From a virus (lineage: Duplodnaviria; Caudoviricetes), in the IMG/VR virus record IMGVR_UViG_3300033069_001465: a DNA stretch of 64,000 nucleotides. The stretch is one strand, 5' to 3'. Below, piece after piece: positions 29,654 through 41,000 of this stretch. Every line of letters starts with the position of its first letter. Within the stretch, counting starts at the first letter, position 1. The position numbers and the translations under genes are program-made. Below the pieces are notes generated by a model. The model worked only from the letters and a program-made list of their open reading frames with translations, ran no database searches and was not told the DNA's origin.

Positions 29654-32600
29654 TTATTTACCTTTTATACCTTTATTGGTTTTTATTTCGTTAATCTTTA
29701 ATGAAATGCTACTACTATATGATACTAACTGGCCAAGTTTAGCATCCATTCTAGACATAACATTAACAACATCTTGCATTGTTGGACCACTTTGTTTAGC
29801 ACCCCCAGCATTAATTGATATTTCTTTCCCACTTACCCCATTTTCCATATCATTAATAACATCAACAAATATTTTAGCTTTACTTTCTAATGAATCCATC
29901 ATTGAATTAAATTGATCAGAATCCATTAGTGACATTAATACAATACTTCCGGTTAGTGTTTTAAGTGCGGTTATTCTTTCTACATCAATTGATTGAATAG
30001 CCCCTGATAAATTTTGAATGCTATTTGCTAATTTATCATAATCACTAGCCATTCTTGTTATATCACTGGCCCTACTAATAGTCACAAGTCCAAGTAGCTT
30101 AGTCTCTGATTCATTTGTTCCTTTTAAATAAGATAATAATTTAGAATATTGAATTATATTACTTGTTAAGTTAGTCATATAATCCAATGGTATTAATTTA
30201 TAATTTCCTTTACTTAAAATTATACTTGTATTTGAAATCGATCCAGCCATTGCATAAAAAACTCCAAAGTTATCACTATCGAGACTAGCTATTTTTTTAT
30301 CACTAACTAATTTATAAAATGAACTATATAATGATGTTAATGTTTGTGTATAATTATCTGGTATTATATTATTGTAATTAGGTTTTCCTCTAGATCCTTC
30401 ATAGTTACCAGATAATATATTTGCTGTTTCAACCATTGCTTTCGCAAAGAATGTAATATTCTTATACAACCAATCAGAACTAACATTGCTTGTTATTCCT
30501 GATATTGAAGCTGCATATTCAATAACTGGATTAAATGCCCTAATAGCTAATCCGACACCCTCAGCCCATTCTACACTTGGATAAGTTCCACCAAATATGG
30601 TTCTATTTTGATTGAAAATTTCAGCAGAAGTGATTATACCTTGTGATATTCCATGAACTGCATTTACCATTTCGTCCATATCAAGGCCACTACTGAACCA
30701 GCTTTTGTTCTTAGCTAATGATTCAAATACTGGAGTAAATGCTCTAATTGATAATCCAACTCCTTCAGCCCATTCCACAGGCGGACCATTTTTAAATGAA
30801 ACTGTATTCTTAGAGAAGAATTGAGCAGCGGTAATAATACCTTCTGATATTGTAACTATAGCTTGTTTCATTTTAGCTGGTGATGATCCACCACCGCCAA
30901 ATATTGCTCCTAATAGTCCTTTTGATGTTAATGTTTTATATACTGGTGCAAATGCTCCAATTGATAACGCAACCCCTTCAGCCCATTCTTTTGTTGGTCC
31001 ATCTTTATAATTACCACTTGATAATATGTATGAGGCATCGACTATAGATTGGGCAACTACATTAACAGCAGAAGCACCCGCTAATAAAGCAAGATATCCT
31101 AATCCAAACGTACCTCCTATAAATGCACCAAGAGTCATTAATGCGGCACCATATGTAGCTATTAATACTGATGTTCCTACTGCCCATCCAATTGATGGAC
31201 CACCTGTAAAATTACCAGTAGATAAAATATTAGATGTAGAAACAATAGCATTTGCAATTAATCTAATACTTATTGCACCGAGAGCTATTGCTATTATTCC
31301 AAATCCAGCAACCGCCATTACTGCCCCAAATGCAACGATGGATGCTCCAACTCCCATTGACCATGGTAATGATGGGTATTTTTCATATGTTCCACTAGAT
31401 AGTATTGAATCAGTTGCTAGTATTGTGGCTGCAATTATTGCTATTCCTATTGCCCCTATAACTAAAGCTGGGATTCCTATACCACTCACACCAATTAATG
31501 GGATTCCTATACCACTCACACCAATTAATGCCATGCCTATTCCAAATGCTAACATGGATGCTGCTGTTCCAATAGTCCATGTTAATGATGGATATTTCTC
31601 ATAAGTACCCATTGATAGTATTAAAGAGGATAACATTACTGTTGTAGCTATTATAATAATAGATAGACCACCCATTGTAGCTTTTATTGGGTCAATTTTT
31701 AATTTATCTAATGCCCATATTGCAGCTCCCATTACAACAGATGCCACTGCTAAAACTACAGCTTGTACAGCAATATTTAATAAGGTCATAAATGGTATTA
31801 CTTTAACTTCAGCAAATAAATATGAGGATGCTGTTATAGCAGCAGCTATAGCGACTAATACGATAGGCATTAAGGCCGCCTCAACCAACCCAATATTTTT
31901 TACTGCTTGAGCTATTCTAGGTAATCCATATGATATAATAGTAAATGTTGCTGCTATAAAAATTGTTGTTAAAGCTTGTGTAAATGATATTGGTTTAACT
32001 GTAGATAATATGTGTGAAGACGCAGCAATAGCGATTGAAACACCTACTAAAACAAGTGGCATCATTGCTACACCCTTTAAACTGACATCACTAACTGCCT
32101 TCGCCAATTTTCCTAATCCAAATGATAGTAGAGTAAATGCTCCGGCTATAAATATAACTGTTAATAATTGTAAAAATCCAACAGGTTTAACAAATTGTAG
32201 AATCCATGAAGAGGCGGTTATAGCAGCAGATGCGGCAACTAACACAAGAGGTAATTTCCAAAGGTCTTTAACACTAACTTCACTCACACCTTTTGCTAAT
32301 TTACCTATACTATATGCTAGTGTGGCAAATGCTCCTGCTATAAATACAACAGTTAGCAATTGTAAAAATCCAACAGGCTTAACAAGTTGTAAAATCCATG
32401 AGGATGCGGTTATTGCTACTGATGCGGCCACCAATACGATTGGTAATTTCCAAAGATTTTTGATATCAACTCCTTCGATTCCATTTACCATTTTTTTAAT
32501 ACTAAATGATAGGGCAACAAATGCTGCACCTATAAATAGGACTGTAAATAATTTACCAGCACTAATAGGAGTTACATTATTTAATATTTTAGATACAACT

Positions 32601-33202
32601 ACTAATGCACCTGCCATCATTATGAGACCTAATATTGATGTACCCAAATCTTTTAGATTAGTCTTAATATTAGCAACTTTTTCAAATGCAAATGCTAATA
32701 GTGGCATTGCTATAGCAAGAGCTATTACAGTTTTAAAATCAACTTGTCCAAGTATTTTAAAAGCAGCTCCTATCGCTAATACACCAACTGCTATCAACAA
32801 TATCATTTTTACTCCATCTGTTATGGTTTTTTTCTTAGATGGGTCACCTAAACTACCAATTTTATCACCTTCTGTTGTTGTAGTTGATTTCTTTTTTAAA
32901 GCATCCTTAAGCTGTTGTATAAGAGTCATTCTTTCTTTTCTATCCGCATCGGTTACTGTTGGACTTTGTGCAATAGATAAAGTTTGTTTTTGTGTTTTAA
33001 TTATCTCTTTATTATCAGCTTGTATTTTCTTAATTCCTTCGTCGATGGATTTTAATTGCTCTGTTATATCTAAACTCTTAAACGCCTCTGTTATAGAAGA
33101 AGAAGTCGTCTCTTTAGTTCTATTTGATTCATCTAAGGAGTCCGATATTGCTTGTAATGCTACTGATAAGTTATTTAAGGCGTCAAGTAACTTTTTATCC
33201 AT
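29654..33202 (-). CDS. Tape-measure-like protein
   Basis: 1182 aa; long Ala/Gly hydrophobic helical repeats (KLPxVLVAAS, PSxEWAEGV). Confidence 0.6.
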   Translation of the reverse strand: MDKKLLDALNNLSVALQAISDSLDESNRTKETTSSSITEAFKSLDITEQLKSIDEGIKKIQADNKEIIKTQKQTLSIAQSPTVTDADRKERMTLIQQLKDALKKKSTTTTEGDKIGSLGDPSKKKTITDGVKMILLIAVGVLAIGAAFKILGQVDFKTVIALAIAMPLLAFAFEKVANIKTNLKDLGTSILGLIMMAGALVVVSKILNNVTPISAGKLFTVLFIGAAFVALSFSIKKMVNGIEGVDIKNLWKLPIVLVAASVAITASSWILQLVKPVGFLQLLTVVFIAGAFATLAYSIGKLAKGVSEVSVKDLWKLPLVLVAASAAITASSWILQFVKPVGFLQLLTVIFIAGAFTLLSFGLGKLAKAVSDVSLKGVAMMPLVLVGVSIAIAASSHILSTVKPISFTQALTTIFIAATFTIISYGLPRIAQAVKNIGLVEAALMPIVLVAIAAAITASSYLFAEVKVIPFMTLLNIAVQAVVLAVASVVMGAAIWALDKLKIDPIKATMGGLSIIIIATTVMLSSLILSMGTYEKYPSLTWTIGTAASMLAFGIGMALIGVSGIGIPLIGVSGIGIPALVIGAIGIAIIAATILATDSILSSGTYEKYPSLPWSMGVGASIVAFGAVMAVAGFGIIAIALGAISIRLIANAIVSTSNILSTGNFTGGPSIGWAVGTSVLIATYGAALMTLGAFIGGTFGLGYLALLAGASAVNVVAQSIVDASYILSSGNYKDGPTKEWAEGVALSIGAFAPVYKTLTSKGLLGAIFGGGGSSPAKMKQAIVTISEGIITAAQFFSKNTVSFKNGPPVEWAEGVGLSIRAFTPVFESLAKNKSWFSSGLDMDEMVNAVHGISQGIITSAEIFNQNRTIFGGTYPSVEWAEGVGLAIRAFNPVIEYAASISGITSNVSSDWLYKNITFFAKAMVETANILSGNYEGSRGKPNYNNIIPDNYTQTLTSLYSSFYKLVSDKKIASLDSDNFGVFYAMAGSISNTSIILSKGNYKLIPLDYMTNLTSNIIQYSKLLSYLKGTNESETKLLGLVTISRASDITRMASDYDKLANSIQNLSGAIQSIDVERITALKTLTGSIVLMSLMDSDQFNSMMDSLESKAKIFVDVINDMENGVSGKEISINAGGAKQSGPTMQDVVNVMSRMDAKLGQLVSYSSSISLKINEIKTNKGIKGK
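31471..31530. repeat. Perfect 30-bp tandem duplication, in frame
   Basis: GGATTCCTATACCACTCACACCAATTAATG x2. Confidence 0.9.
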
Positions 33203-33268
33203 CTATTTTTGTAAATATTTATAATACTATATATAAAATAATCTTTGTCTTTTAATATATAATAAAAA

Positions 33269-33739
33269 ATGGTGAAACCAATGCGAATTATGAATTTTGA
33301 AACCTGGATAAGTCAAATGAATGAGTCAGTTAAGGATGATGAATTAAATAGAATCTTAGATAAGATGTCTGAGGGAAAGCCTTTGAATGATGTAGAAAAA
33401 AGGTTCTTAAGTATGTTTGATAAGTCCAATGAAGATGACTATAAGGATTTTTCTTACTTAACTAAGAATGATGCGTTTGATAGAATCAAAGATATTCTGT
33501 CAGAGGGAAGAAAAGTTATCTGTGATTTATATGAAAAGAATAAAGTCGGTATAGAAATCGTCTCTGTTTTTAATCAATTTGAAAGTGAGTCATGTTTTAT
33601 AGTTTTAAAAGATGGTGAAAGAATTGAGTTAAAAGATAACTATCTATATAATATCGTTTATGATATTAAAAAGGACGAATATTCACTACAATCGCAAGAT
33701 CAGTATTATGAAAAAATACCTATAAAAGATGAGAATTAA
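33269..33739 (+). CDS. Hypothetical protein, leader variant MRIMNFE
   Basis: 156 aa; TAATATATA at 33253-33261. Confidence 0.75.
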   Translation: MVKPMRIMNFETWISQMNESVKDDELNRILDKMSEGKPLNDVEKRFLSMFDKSNEDDYKDFSYLTKNDAFDRIKDILSEGRKVICDLYEKNKVGIEIVSVFNQFESESCFIVLKDGERIELKDNYLYNIVYDIKKDEYSLQSQDQYYEKIPIKDEN

Positions 33740-34385
33740 AAAATTTAAATATTTTGAATCGATTGATGAGGATTTCTATACAGAAATAAGCGAGATGGAA
33801 TATGTGAATAACTTTGATGTAGATAGTAATATTTGCTTTTGTCCCTTTACAGATGAGGATATAAATTATATAGAAAATTTCTTAAAAAAGGAATATCCAA
33901 TGTATGTGATAACTATTGATATGTCAGATTGTTTAAGCATTAAACATACCAATGGTTATTCAAACCTCTTATCACTAAGTAAATTAAAAGACGATTGGTT
34001 TCTTATAGTTCTATTTTATCCTGATTGTAAATATTACAAATGTGATAGATTAGATGGATTCGAAAAATGTTTTAAAGAAAAATGTATATCGGGAAACGAA
34101 AAAGGAACAAAGAAATTTAAAAAATTTATAGAGTCAATCAGTGGTACTGAACTTATGAATATAGGTGGTTCATTTGGACCAGGATATGGACAAGAAAAAC
34201 TTCCCGTTACTTTAACTTCAACAGATACAAGAGTTGTCTTTTCTGATCTAAATAATCAATTTTATACACAAGATGAGTATGATCAAGTTTATGGTGATTA
34301 TCTCAAAAAAGGTGGAGAACCATTAGATGGATTTTCCAAAGAAAATTTGGAAAGAGTTTTAGATTATCTAAAAAATGCAATGTAA
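33729..34385 (+). CDS. Leader-bearing KCDQ-family protein with a second internal leader
   Basis: MRIKKFKYFES; DDWFLI...YYKCDRLDGF; internal KKFKKFIES. Confidence 0.75.
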   Translation: MRIKKFKYFESIDEDFYTEISEMEYVNNFDVDSNICFCPFTDEDINYIENFLKKEYPMYVITIDMSDCLSIKHTNGYSNLLSLSKLKDDWFLIVLFYPDCKYYKCDRLDGFEKCFKEKCISGNEKGTKKFKKFIESISGTELMNIGGSFGPGYGQEKLPVTLTSTDTRVVFSDLNNQFYTQDEYDQVYGDYLKKGGEPLDGFSKENLERVLDYLKNAM

Positions 34386-34828
34386 TAGTCAAATATAGTT
34401 CCATTGCTTAATACATCATCTACAGAAGTTTCTACCTCAAATGGCCAATTATTAAGTGATCTGGTTTTATCTGAAATTCTAGCCTCTGCTGCAAAATTTA
34501 CACTATCACAAAATCTATTAATAAAAGATATCATATCTTTATTAAATTCGTCTTCGATATCTTTAGGTCGAAAGAAAAAAGTTATGGTTACTAAATACCC
34601 ACTTTTATTATTTGGAAATCCTTTAACTTTAAAATACTTAGTAGATACCTCTTTAATGGAATAAAATCCTTTATATTGACTTCTTTTCCAATGATTAGAA
34701 TTGGTATCGAGTTCAAAATATTTATCTTTTTCTATTAATTTATACTTATCAAAGTATTCTAATAGATAATCATCTAGCAATTCTATTTCTTCTTCAGAAG
34801 ATTCATTAAACTTTCTTAAATATTTCAT
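34364..34828 (-). CDS. Leader-bearing protein with LDDYLLEYFD module
   Basis: Start reassigned to MKYLRKFNES. Confidence 0.7.
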   Translation of the reverse strand: MKYLRKFNESSEEEIELLDDYLLEYFDKYKLIEKDKYFELDTNSNHWKRSQYKGFYSIKEVSTKYFKVKGFPNNKSGYLVTITFFFRPKDIEDEFNKDMISFINRFCDSVNFAAEARISDKTRSLNNWPFEVETSVDDVLSNGTIFDYYIAFFR

Positions 34829-34829
34829 A

Positions 34830-35243
34830 TTAAAAATTCTTTTCATCTAATATATATCTTACTGCCTCTAATTGATCACATTTGAATGTTTTACAAATCA
34901 TTATATTATCAAATTCACCAAAATTAGTATCTTTTTGTGAAGTAGGTATTCTAACCATGTACCATTCATCTATCATTTTAAAAATTTCCATCTCTACATA
35001 ATCATGATAATAAACTACAATTCTTGGCACATCTCCCCAGTATATTAATCCTTCAGATGATTTTTCTAGCTCAACTCTCATTGTAGGTAAATATGATTTA
35101 ATCTTTGATACTTCTTCACTATTAAATTCTTCCAAAGAAGAATGGAATTTTTCCATATTTTCAATAGTAGGTGTGTGAAACGGGTCTGGTACTTCCTTAT
35201 AAAAGTTATTTTCAAAATATTCAAACATTTTAATATATTTCAT
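34830..35243 (-). CDS. Leader-bearing KCDQ-family protein
   Basis: MKYIKMFEYFE; DEWYMV...FKCDQLEA. Confidence 0.75.
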   Translation of the reverse strand: MKYIKMFEYFENNFYKEVPDPFHTPTIENMEKFHSSLEEFNSEEVSKIKSYLPTMRVELEKSSEGLIYWGDVPRIVVYYHDYVEMEIFKMIDEWYMVRIPTSQKDTNFGEFDNIMICKTFKCDQLEAVRYILDEKNF

Positions 35244-35261
35244 ATATTTATATATTAATAT

Positions 35262-36059
35262 TTACTCACCTGTTTTACAAGATTTTGATATTTTTGATCT
35301 ATTTAATGTACTATCGAATCTTTCTATTTCTCTCAAGCTGTTCCACTCTTTTATATAATTCATACTATCATCATATTGAATTATTTTATTTCTTCTAATT
35401 TTTGTTCCTTTTATTTTATTTCTAATTTTTTCTTTTTGCTCCTCTGTTCTAGGCTTTGTATTTCCTATATTTTTTGGGTTATTTATATGTGATAATCTTA
35501 ACTTCTCATTGTAATCTGCTGTCATTTTTTTTCCATATGCCCAGTGGTTATTCTTATCTTTAAAATACTCCTTTAGTGTATTACTTATTTTATCTTTTAC
35601 TAATGGATCATTCGATCTATTTGGATTATTATCACTCATCCTTTCTGAGTAATATTTTCGTAATTTTATAGACTTCTTTTTTCCAACAATTTCTTCTAAT
35701 TTTTTTCCTTTTTTTGCTAATGACATTTTTGATTTAGTTATAATAGAGAATTCTGTCACATCCTCAGATTTTGAATTCGTTAATTTGTACCCTTCTTTTT
35801 GATATTTTTCAATATAATATCTTTCCATAATATTAGATTCAATTAATGAATTACATTCTTCTACTATTTTTACAATAGGTATTTGGCCATTCCTTATAAC
35901 CCTCCTTATCCAACAAGACTTATGTGTTCGGTATGAATAAGAATTTTTATTTGTAGATGTGCTTATATGATCTTTTAATCTCCTTTCTATATTAGAAGAC
36001 TGACCAACATATCTAATATTGTTATCAAAGGGGTCTATTAGTATGTATATATACCTCAT
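35262..36059 (-). CDS. GIY-YIG homing endonuclease
   Basis: YIYILID...RYVGQS...RRLKDH; NUMOD-like C-terminus. Confidence 0.85.
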   Translation of the reverse strand: MRYIYILIDPFDNNIRYVGQSSNIERRLKDHISTSTNKNSYSYRTHKSCWIRRVIRNGQIPIVKIVEECNSLIESNIMERYYIEKYQKEGYKLTNSKSEDVTEFSIITKSKMSLAKKGKKLEEIVGKKKSIKLRKYYSERMSDNNPNRSNDPLVKDKISNTLKEYFKDKNNHWAYGKKMTADYNEKLRLSHINNPKNIGNTKPRTEEQKEKIRNKIKGTKIRRNKIIQYDDSMNYIKEWNSLREIERFDSTLNRSKISKSCKTGE

Positions 36060-36102
36060 ATTATTATGTATTAAAAATATATTTGTTCCTTGGTCAATAC
36101 CA

Positions 36103-36147
36103 ATTTTGTCATTTTGTCACTTCTTGTAAACTTGGCATATAAATTGA
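36103..36147 (+). promoter_or_regulatory. Putative dnaK control region: ATTTTGTC direct repeat and sigma54-like TGGCA-N6-TTGA
   Basis: ATTTTGTC x2 at 36103-36118; TGGCATATAAATTGA at 36133-36147. Confidence 0.45.
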
Positions 36148-36178
36148 CATATAAAATAAAAATAAAATATATTAAATT

Positions 36179-38044
36179 ATGAGTAAAAAAGAATATGTTA
36201 TAGGTGTGGACCTTGGAACCACAAACAGTTGTGTCTCTGTTGTTGAAGGCGGTGAGCCAGTAATTATTCCAAATAACGAAGGTAAAAGAACAACTCCTTC
36301 TGTAGTTGGATTTACTGATGCTGATAGAAAAGTTGGTGATCCGGCTAAGCGTCAAGCAGTTACAAATCCAAGTAAAACCGTTTATTCAATTAAAAGGTTT
36401 ATTGGTAAGAATTATAAGGATGTTGGTTCAGAAATGAAAAGAGTTCCTTATAAGGTTAAAAGTAATAGCAACAACGTCCCTGTTGTTGAAATTGGAGATA
36501 GAGACTATACTCCACAAGAAGTATCAGCTATGATACTTCAGAAAATGAAAAAAACCGCTGAAGATTTCTTGGGACAAGAAGTTACAAAGGCTGTAATTAC
36601 TGTTCCCGCCTATTTTGGTGATGCTGAAAGAACTGCTACAATGGAAGCTGGTAAAATTGCTGGTCTTCAAGTAGAAAGAATTATTAACGAACCTACTGCT
36701 GCTGCGTTGGCCTATGGTTTAGACAAAAAAGAAAAAGAACAAAAAATTATTGTATTTGACTTAGGTGGTGGTACATTTGATATTTCTGTTCTCGAAATTG
36801 GTGATGGTGTATTTGAAGTTAAATCTACTGATGGTGATACCCACCTTGGTGGTGATGACTTTGATAACCAAATTATCACTTGGATGATTGATGAGTTTAA
36901 ATCTGATCAATCTATGGATCTTTCAAAGGATCCAATGGCTCTACAAAGATTAAAAGAGGCTGCTGAGAAGGCTAAGATTGAATTATCTTCAACTACTCAA
37001 ACTGAAATTAACCTTCCTTATATTACGGCAAGAGATGGTGCTCCCTTACACTTTGTTAAGACACTAACTAGGGCTAAATTTGAGCAAATGATTAGCAAGT
37101 ATATTGATAAAACAATTGCTTGTTGCAAATCAGCCCTTAAAGGTGCAAAATTAAAAATAACTGATATTGATGAAGTTATCCTTGTTGGTGGTTCTACAAG
37201 AATCCCGGCAGTTCAAGAAGCAGTTGAAAAATTCTTCAATAAGAAGCCTAATAAATCAGTTAATCCTGATGAAGTAGTTGCTATTGGAGCTGCGATTCAA
37301 GGAGCTGTGTTAAGTGGTGAAATTACAGATGTTCTTCTTTTAGATGTAACACCTTTATCACTTGGTATTGAAACAATGGGTGGTGTGTTTACAAAATTAA
37401 TTGAAGCTAACACAACTATTCCTACAAGAAAGTCCGAAACATTTTCTACGGCTTCTGATAATCAACCAAGTGTTGAAATTCATATCTTACAGGGTGAAAG
37501 ACCAATGGCTAGAGATAACCGCTCTTTAGGTAGATTTCATTTGGATGGTATCATGCCTTCTCCAAGAGGTGTTCCTCAAATTGAGGTTACATTAGATATT
37601 GACTCTAATGGTGTTCTTTCAGTTCACGCAAAAGATAAAGCAACTGGTAAAGAAAATAAAATCAGAATCGAAGGTGGATCACAACTTACTAAAGATGAGA
37701 TTGAAAAAATGAAACAGGAAGCTGAAGCACATGCCGAAGAAGATCGTAAAGAAAAAGAAGCAGTTGATAAGGTTAATCAGGCAGATTCTATGATTTTTCA
37801 AACCGAAAAACAAATCAAAGAATTTTCTGATAAACTAACTGAAGAAAATAAAACTCAACTTAATGAATCACTTGATAAGTTAAAAGAAGCTCATAAAATG
37901 AGGGATCTTATTAAGATTGATGAAAGTATGAGTAATCTTAATGAAACCTGGAATAAAATAAGTACTAATTTGTACCAAAATACAAATCCAGATGATACAG
38001 TAGAAACTCAAACAGAGGATACTCCTTTTGAAGAAGTTAAATAA
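36179..38044 (+). CDS. dnaK: Molecular chaperone DnaK (Hsp70)
   Basis: [39 protein letters not shown]; ends FEEVK. Confidence 0.97.
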   Translation: MSKKEYVIGVDLGTTNSCVSVVEGGEPVIIPNNEGKRTTPSVVGFTDADRKVGDPAKRQAVTNPSKTVYSIKRFIGKNYKDVGSEMKRVPYKVKSNSNNVPVVEIGDRDYTPQEVSAMILQKMKKTAEDFLGQEVTKAVITVPAYFGDAERTATMEAGKIAGLQVERIINEPTAAALAYGLDKKEKEQKIIVFDLGGGTFDISVLEIGDGVFEVKSTDGDTHLGGDDFDNQIITWMIDEFKSDQSMDLSKDPMALQRLKEAAEKAKIELSSTTQTEINLPYITARDGAPLHFVKTLTRAKFEQMISKYIDKTIACCKSALKGAKLKITDIDEVILVGGSTRIPAVQEAVEKFFNKKPNKSVNPDEVVAIGAAIQGAVLSGEITDVLLLDVTPLSLGIETMGGVFTKLIEANTTIPTRKSETFSTASDNQPSVEIHILQGERPMARDNRSLGRFHLDGIMPSPRGVPQIEVTLDIDSNGVLSVHAKDKATGKENKIRIEGGSQLTKDEIEKMKQEAEAHAEEDRKEKEAVDKVNQADSMIFQTEKQIKEFSDKLTEENKTQLNESLDKLKEAHKMRDLIKIDESMSNLNETWNKISTNLYQNTNPDDTVETQTEDTPFEEVK

Positions 38045-38058
38045 GTATTGTAAATATT

Positions 38059-38084
38059 AAGGGGAGAAATTTCTCCCCTTTTTT
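38059..38084 (+). terminator. Intrinsic terminator of dnaK
   Basis: AAGGGGAGAAATTTCTCCCCTT followed by T-run. Confidence 0.8.
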
Positions 38085-41000
38085 TATACTATTCCATATC
38101 CTACTGGATTTACTAAATACTCAATAACTCCAATATCATAAGAGCTTCCATATATATACAGATTGCTAGTAGTAGTATTTGGGAATGTATATAATGTATT
38201 CCAAGTTCCCCTATAATACTTTGCATATAGTGTACTTCCTATTCTTTCCGTCCTTATTTTATCACCAGATGATGCAGTAATTCCTGTATCTAAGTACCCA
38301 GCTATAGGATCATAGGTCTTGTAATGCTCATTAGCCCCATCTATATAAAGTAAATAATCATAAGAATAATCTGGAGTTAGTGAGTTACTTAAAGCAAATC
38401 CCATACCTATATTAAAATTATTAATTGTTCCAGCATTATCAGTTATATCACTTTCAATATATCCATCAGTTGATGATGGTAAATATTTTGTTGACTTTCC
38501 GCTGCCGTTAGCGCCAGTTGCAATAGGTCTCCATGATCCTGCTGGATTTTCTTGCCAGTTGGTTACATTACTAAATGTTATAGTTATCAATGATGATGGT
38601 GGCGCATTATAAGAAAATGATAGTATTCCTATCATATGTTTAAGAACTACTGTCATGTAGTGGATTGATGCATCATATGTTGTGATATTAACACTATCAG
38701 ATGAGGTTGCACCAGCATCATCAGTAGCAATTAATGTAAATGTTCTTATTCCGGTTGAGGTTAGCCCAGTAACTACTGTTGTATATAATGAGGGAGAAAC
38801 AATTGTTGATAATACTCCACCGGTCTGCACCCATTGATATGCTGCTATAGATCCATCTGAATCACTGGCGGTTCCAACTAATGTAGCACTTGTTGTAGGT
38901 AGAGTTATAACCTGGTCTGTCCCAGCGTTTACGATTGGAGATGAATTAGTTCCACTGCTAGTTCCACCAGAATCACCAGAAAAAAAAGATCTTAATAATC
39001 CATATTCAAAAGCTCCTCTATCAGGCGCGGAACCTGCATATGTTAATCCAACATATGTTCCAGAATCTATTTTATTACTACCTTCGGTTAAATTTAAAAA
39101 TGTTATAATAGGTAAATTACCATCAATATCTCTTGATGAAGTAACACCAGTTGGTGTTATACTAACAAAATCGGAAGATGAAACATTGTTTGTCCAACCT
39201 GATAGAGCATCACTAGTTCCAGCAACCCCATAACTACAATTTGATGATATACTATTAGTGCTTACTTCTACGTCTTTACTTCCATTATTAAATGAAATTA
39301 CATTTCTAAATATGTGCGGTTGATTGTCAAAGTGAAAGTTCATTCCGGTAATTCCATTATCAAAAAATGTACAATTAAAAATTTCGGCAAGATGGTCAGC
39401 TTCATTAATATGAACACCTGCAGCACCTCCAGAAGCATTAGGATGTCCATTATCCCAAGCAACACAGTTTTGCATTCTTCTCTTTAGTGTGCCCCTAGTA
39501 GGAGTTGGTTGTGGAAAATTTGATCCTAACTTAAATCCACATCCATTACCGGCTTGAGTTGTTCCACCATACAAAAATCCATTATGCCAAGACCAACAAT
39601 TATCATATAGAACATATCCCAAACACTGAAAACTATCGAATCCGTCATCACCATTATTCCATGCTCTGCATCCTCTAACTGTATTGACACTAGCGGTATT
39701 TGAGTTATAGCTATATCCTATCCCATCACTATTTCCACCATTTGTACCATCATAATTAGAATAATTATCATGAAAATCGGAATTAAGAAATAAAAGTCCA
39801 TTATAGCTGCCTTCACAAAAAACACCCTGTACATTATTATCACATTCTAGTTTTTCAAATGTACTGTTATTAGTGTCAAAGAGATATAATCCAGCGTCCA
39901 CTTGATTGTCGTCGGTATACATACCGGTAAATCTAATTCCCCTAAAGTGTGTATAATTAGCTCTTAAAAACACCATACCTTTGTGATGTCCTCCACTTTT
40001 ATCAAAAGTCACCCCTCTTGTTATTATTGGAGATTCATCAAGATATGAGTATACTTTTAATAAATTTCCTGAAGATCCACTATTTCCAACTAAATATTGT
40101 TGTATTGTATATGTATAAGTTCCACCTCTTAGATAAATAGTATCTCCTCCGGTTGGACCAATAGACCAAACTTTATTTAACGAAAACCATGATGAGGTGA
40201 GTGATCCATATCCGAGTGTGTCACTTCCAGTTGGTGATATAAAATAATATCTACCAGTTGATTCAAAATATCCAATATCTGGTCCTGTACCAGAGTATGT
40301 AAGACCAACAGAAGTTCCAGCATTTCTAAGTGGTGAACTATTTGAAAGCTTTAGGAATACATTTTCGGGCAAATTGTTATTATTGTGCCGTTGTCTTGTT
40401 AAAACACTACTATCAATACTAATAAAATCAGAAGTGCTTACAGTAAATCCTGGATCCCACGTATTATTGCTATGTACATAATCTGCACCAAATGTGTGCC
40501 ATACATCTCCAAATAGTGTACCAGAATCATATGAGATGTTATTCCTAAAAGTTTTAGGTTGTGCTGCCCATGCACCAAACCAAAAATTTAACCCCCCACC
40601 AATACCATTTTGAACAGCCGTGTTGTTAACAAGGGTCATATTACTAGGATTATCATTCTCCACAAATCCCCAACTTCTATTCTTAAAGGCCAGGCAATTA
40701 TGTACATATCGTTTAACGGTTGTTGTTGATGTAACAGCACTACCTAACTTAAATCCACTGCCATTGCCCGCCGTTGTAAATGTATCTGGTATGTATCCAT
40801 TATAAAAAGACCAACAATTATCAAATTCAACATATCCTTCATTTTGCCATGTGTCAAACCCGTCATCCGCACACCACCAAGCTCTACAATTTCTTACGGT
40901 ATTAACAGAAGCTGTGTTAGGGTTGTAAGTAATGCCTAATCCATCTGCTCCATCATATGGAGAATCGCTATATGGATCTTGCATATGATGGAAATCACAG

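Noticed and set aside
31026-33224. Long plus-strand ORFs 31026-31604 and 32010-33224
   Set aside because: Antisense shadows of the Ala/Ile-rich tape-measure-like gene; no promoter motif or independent features.
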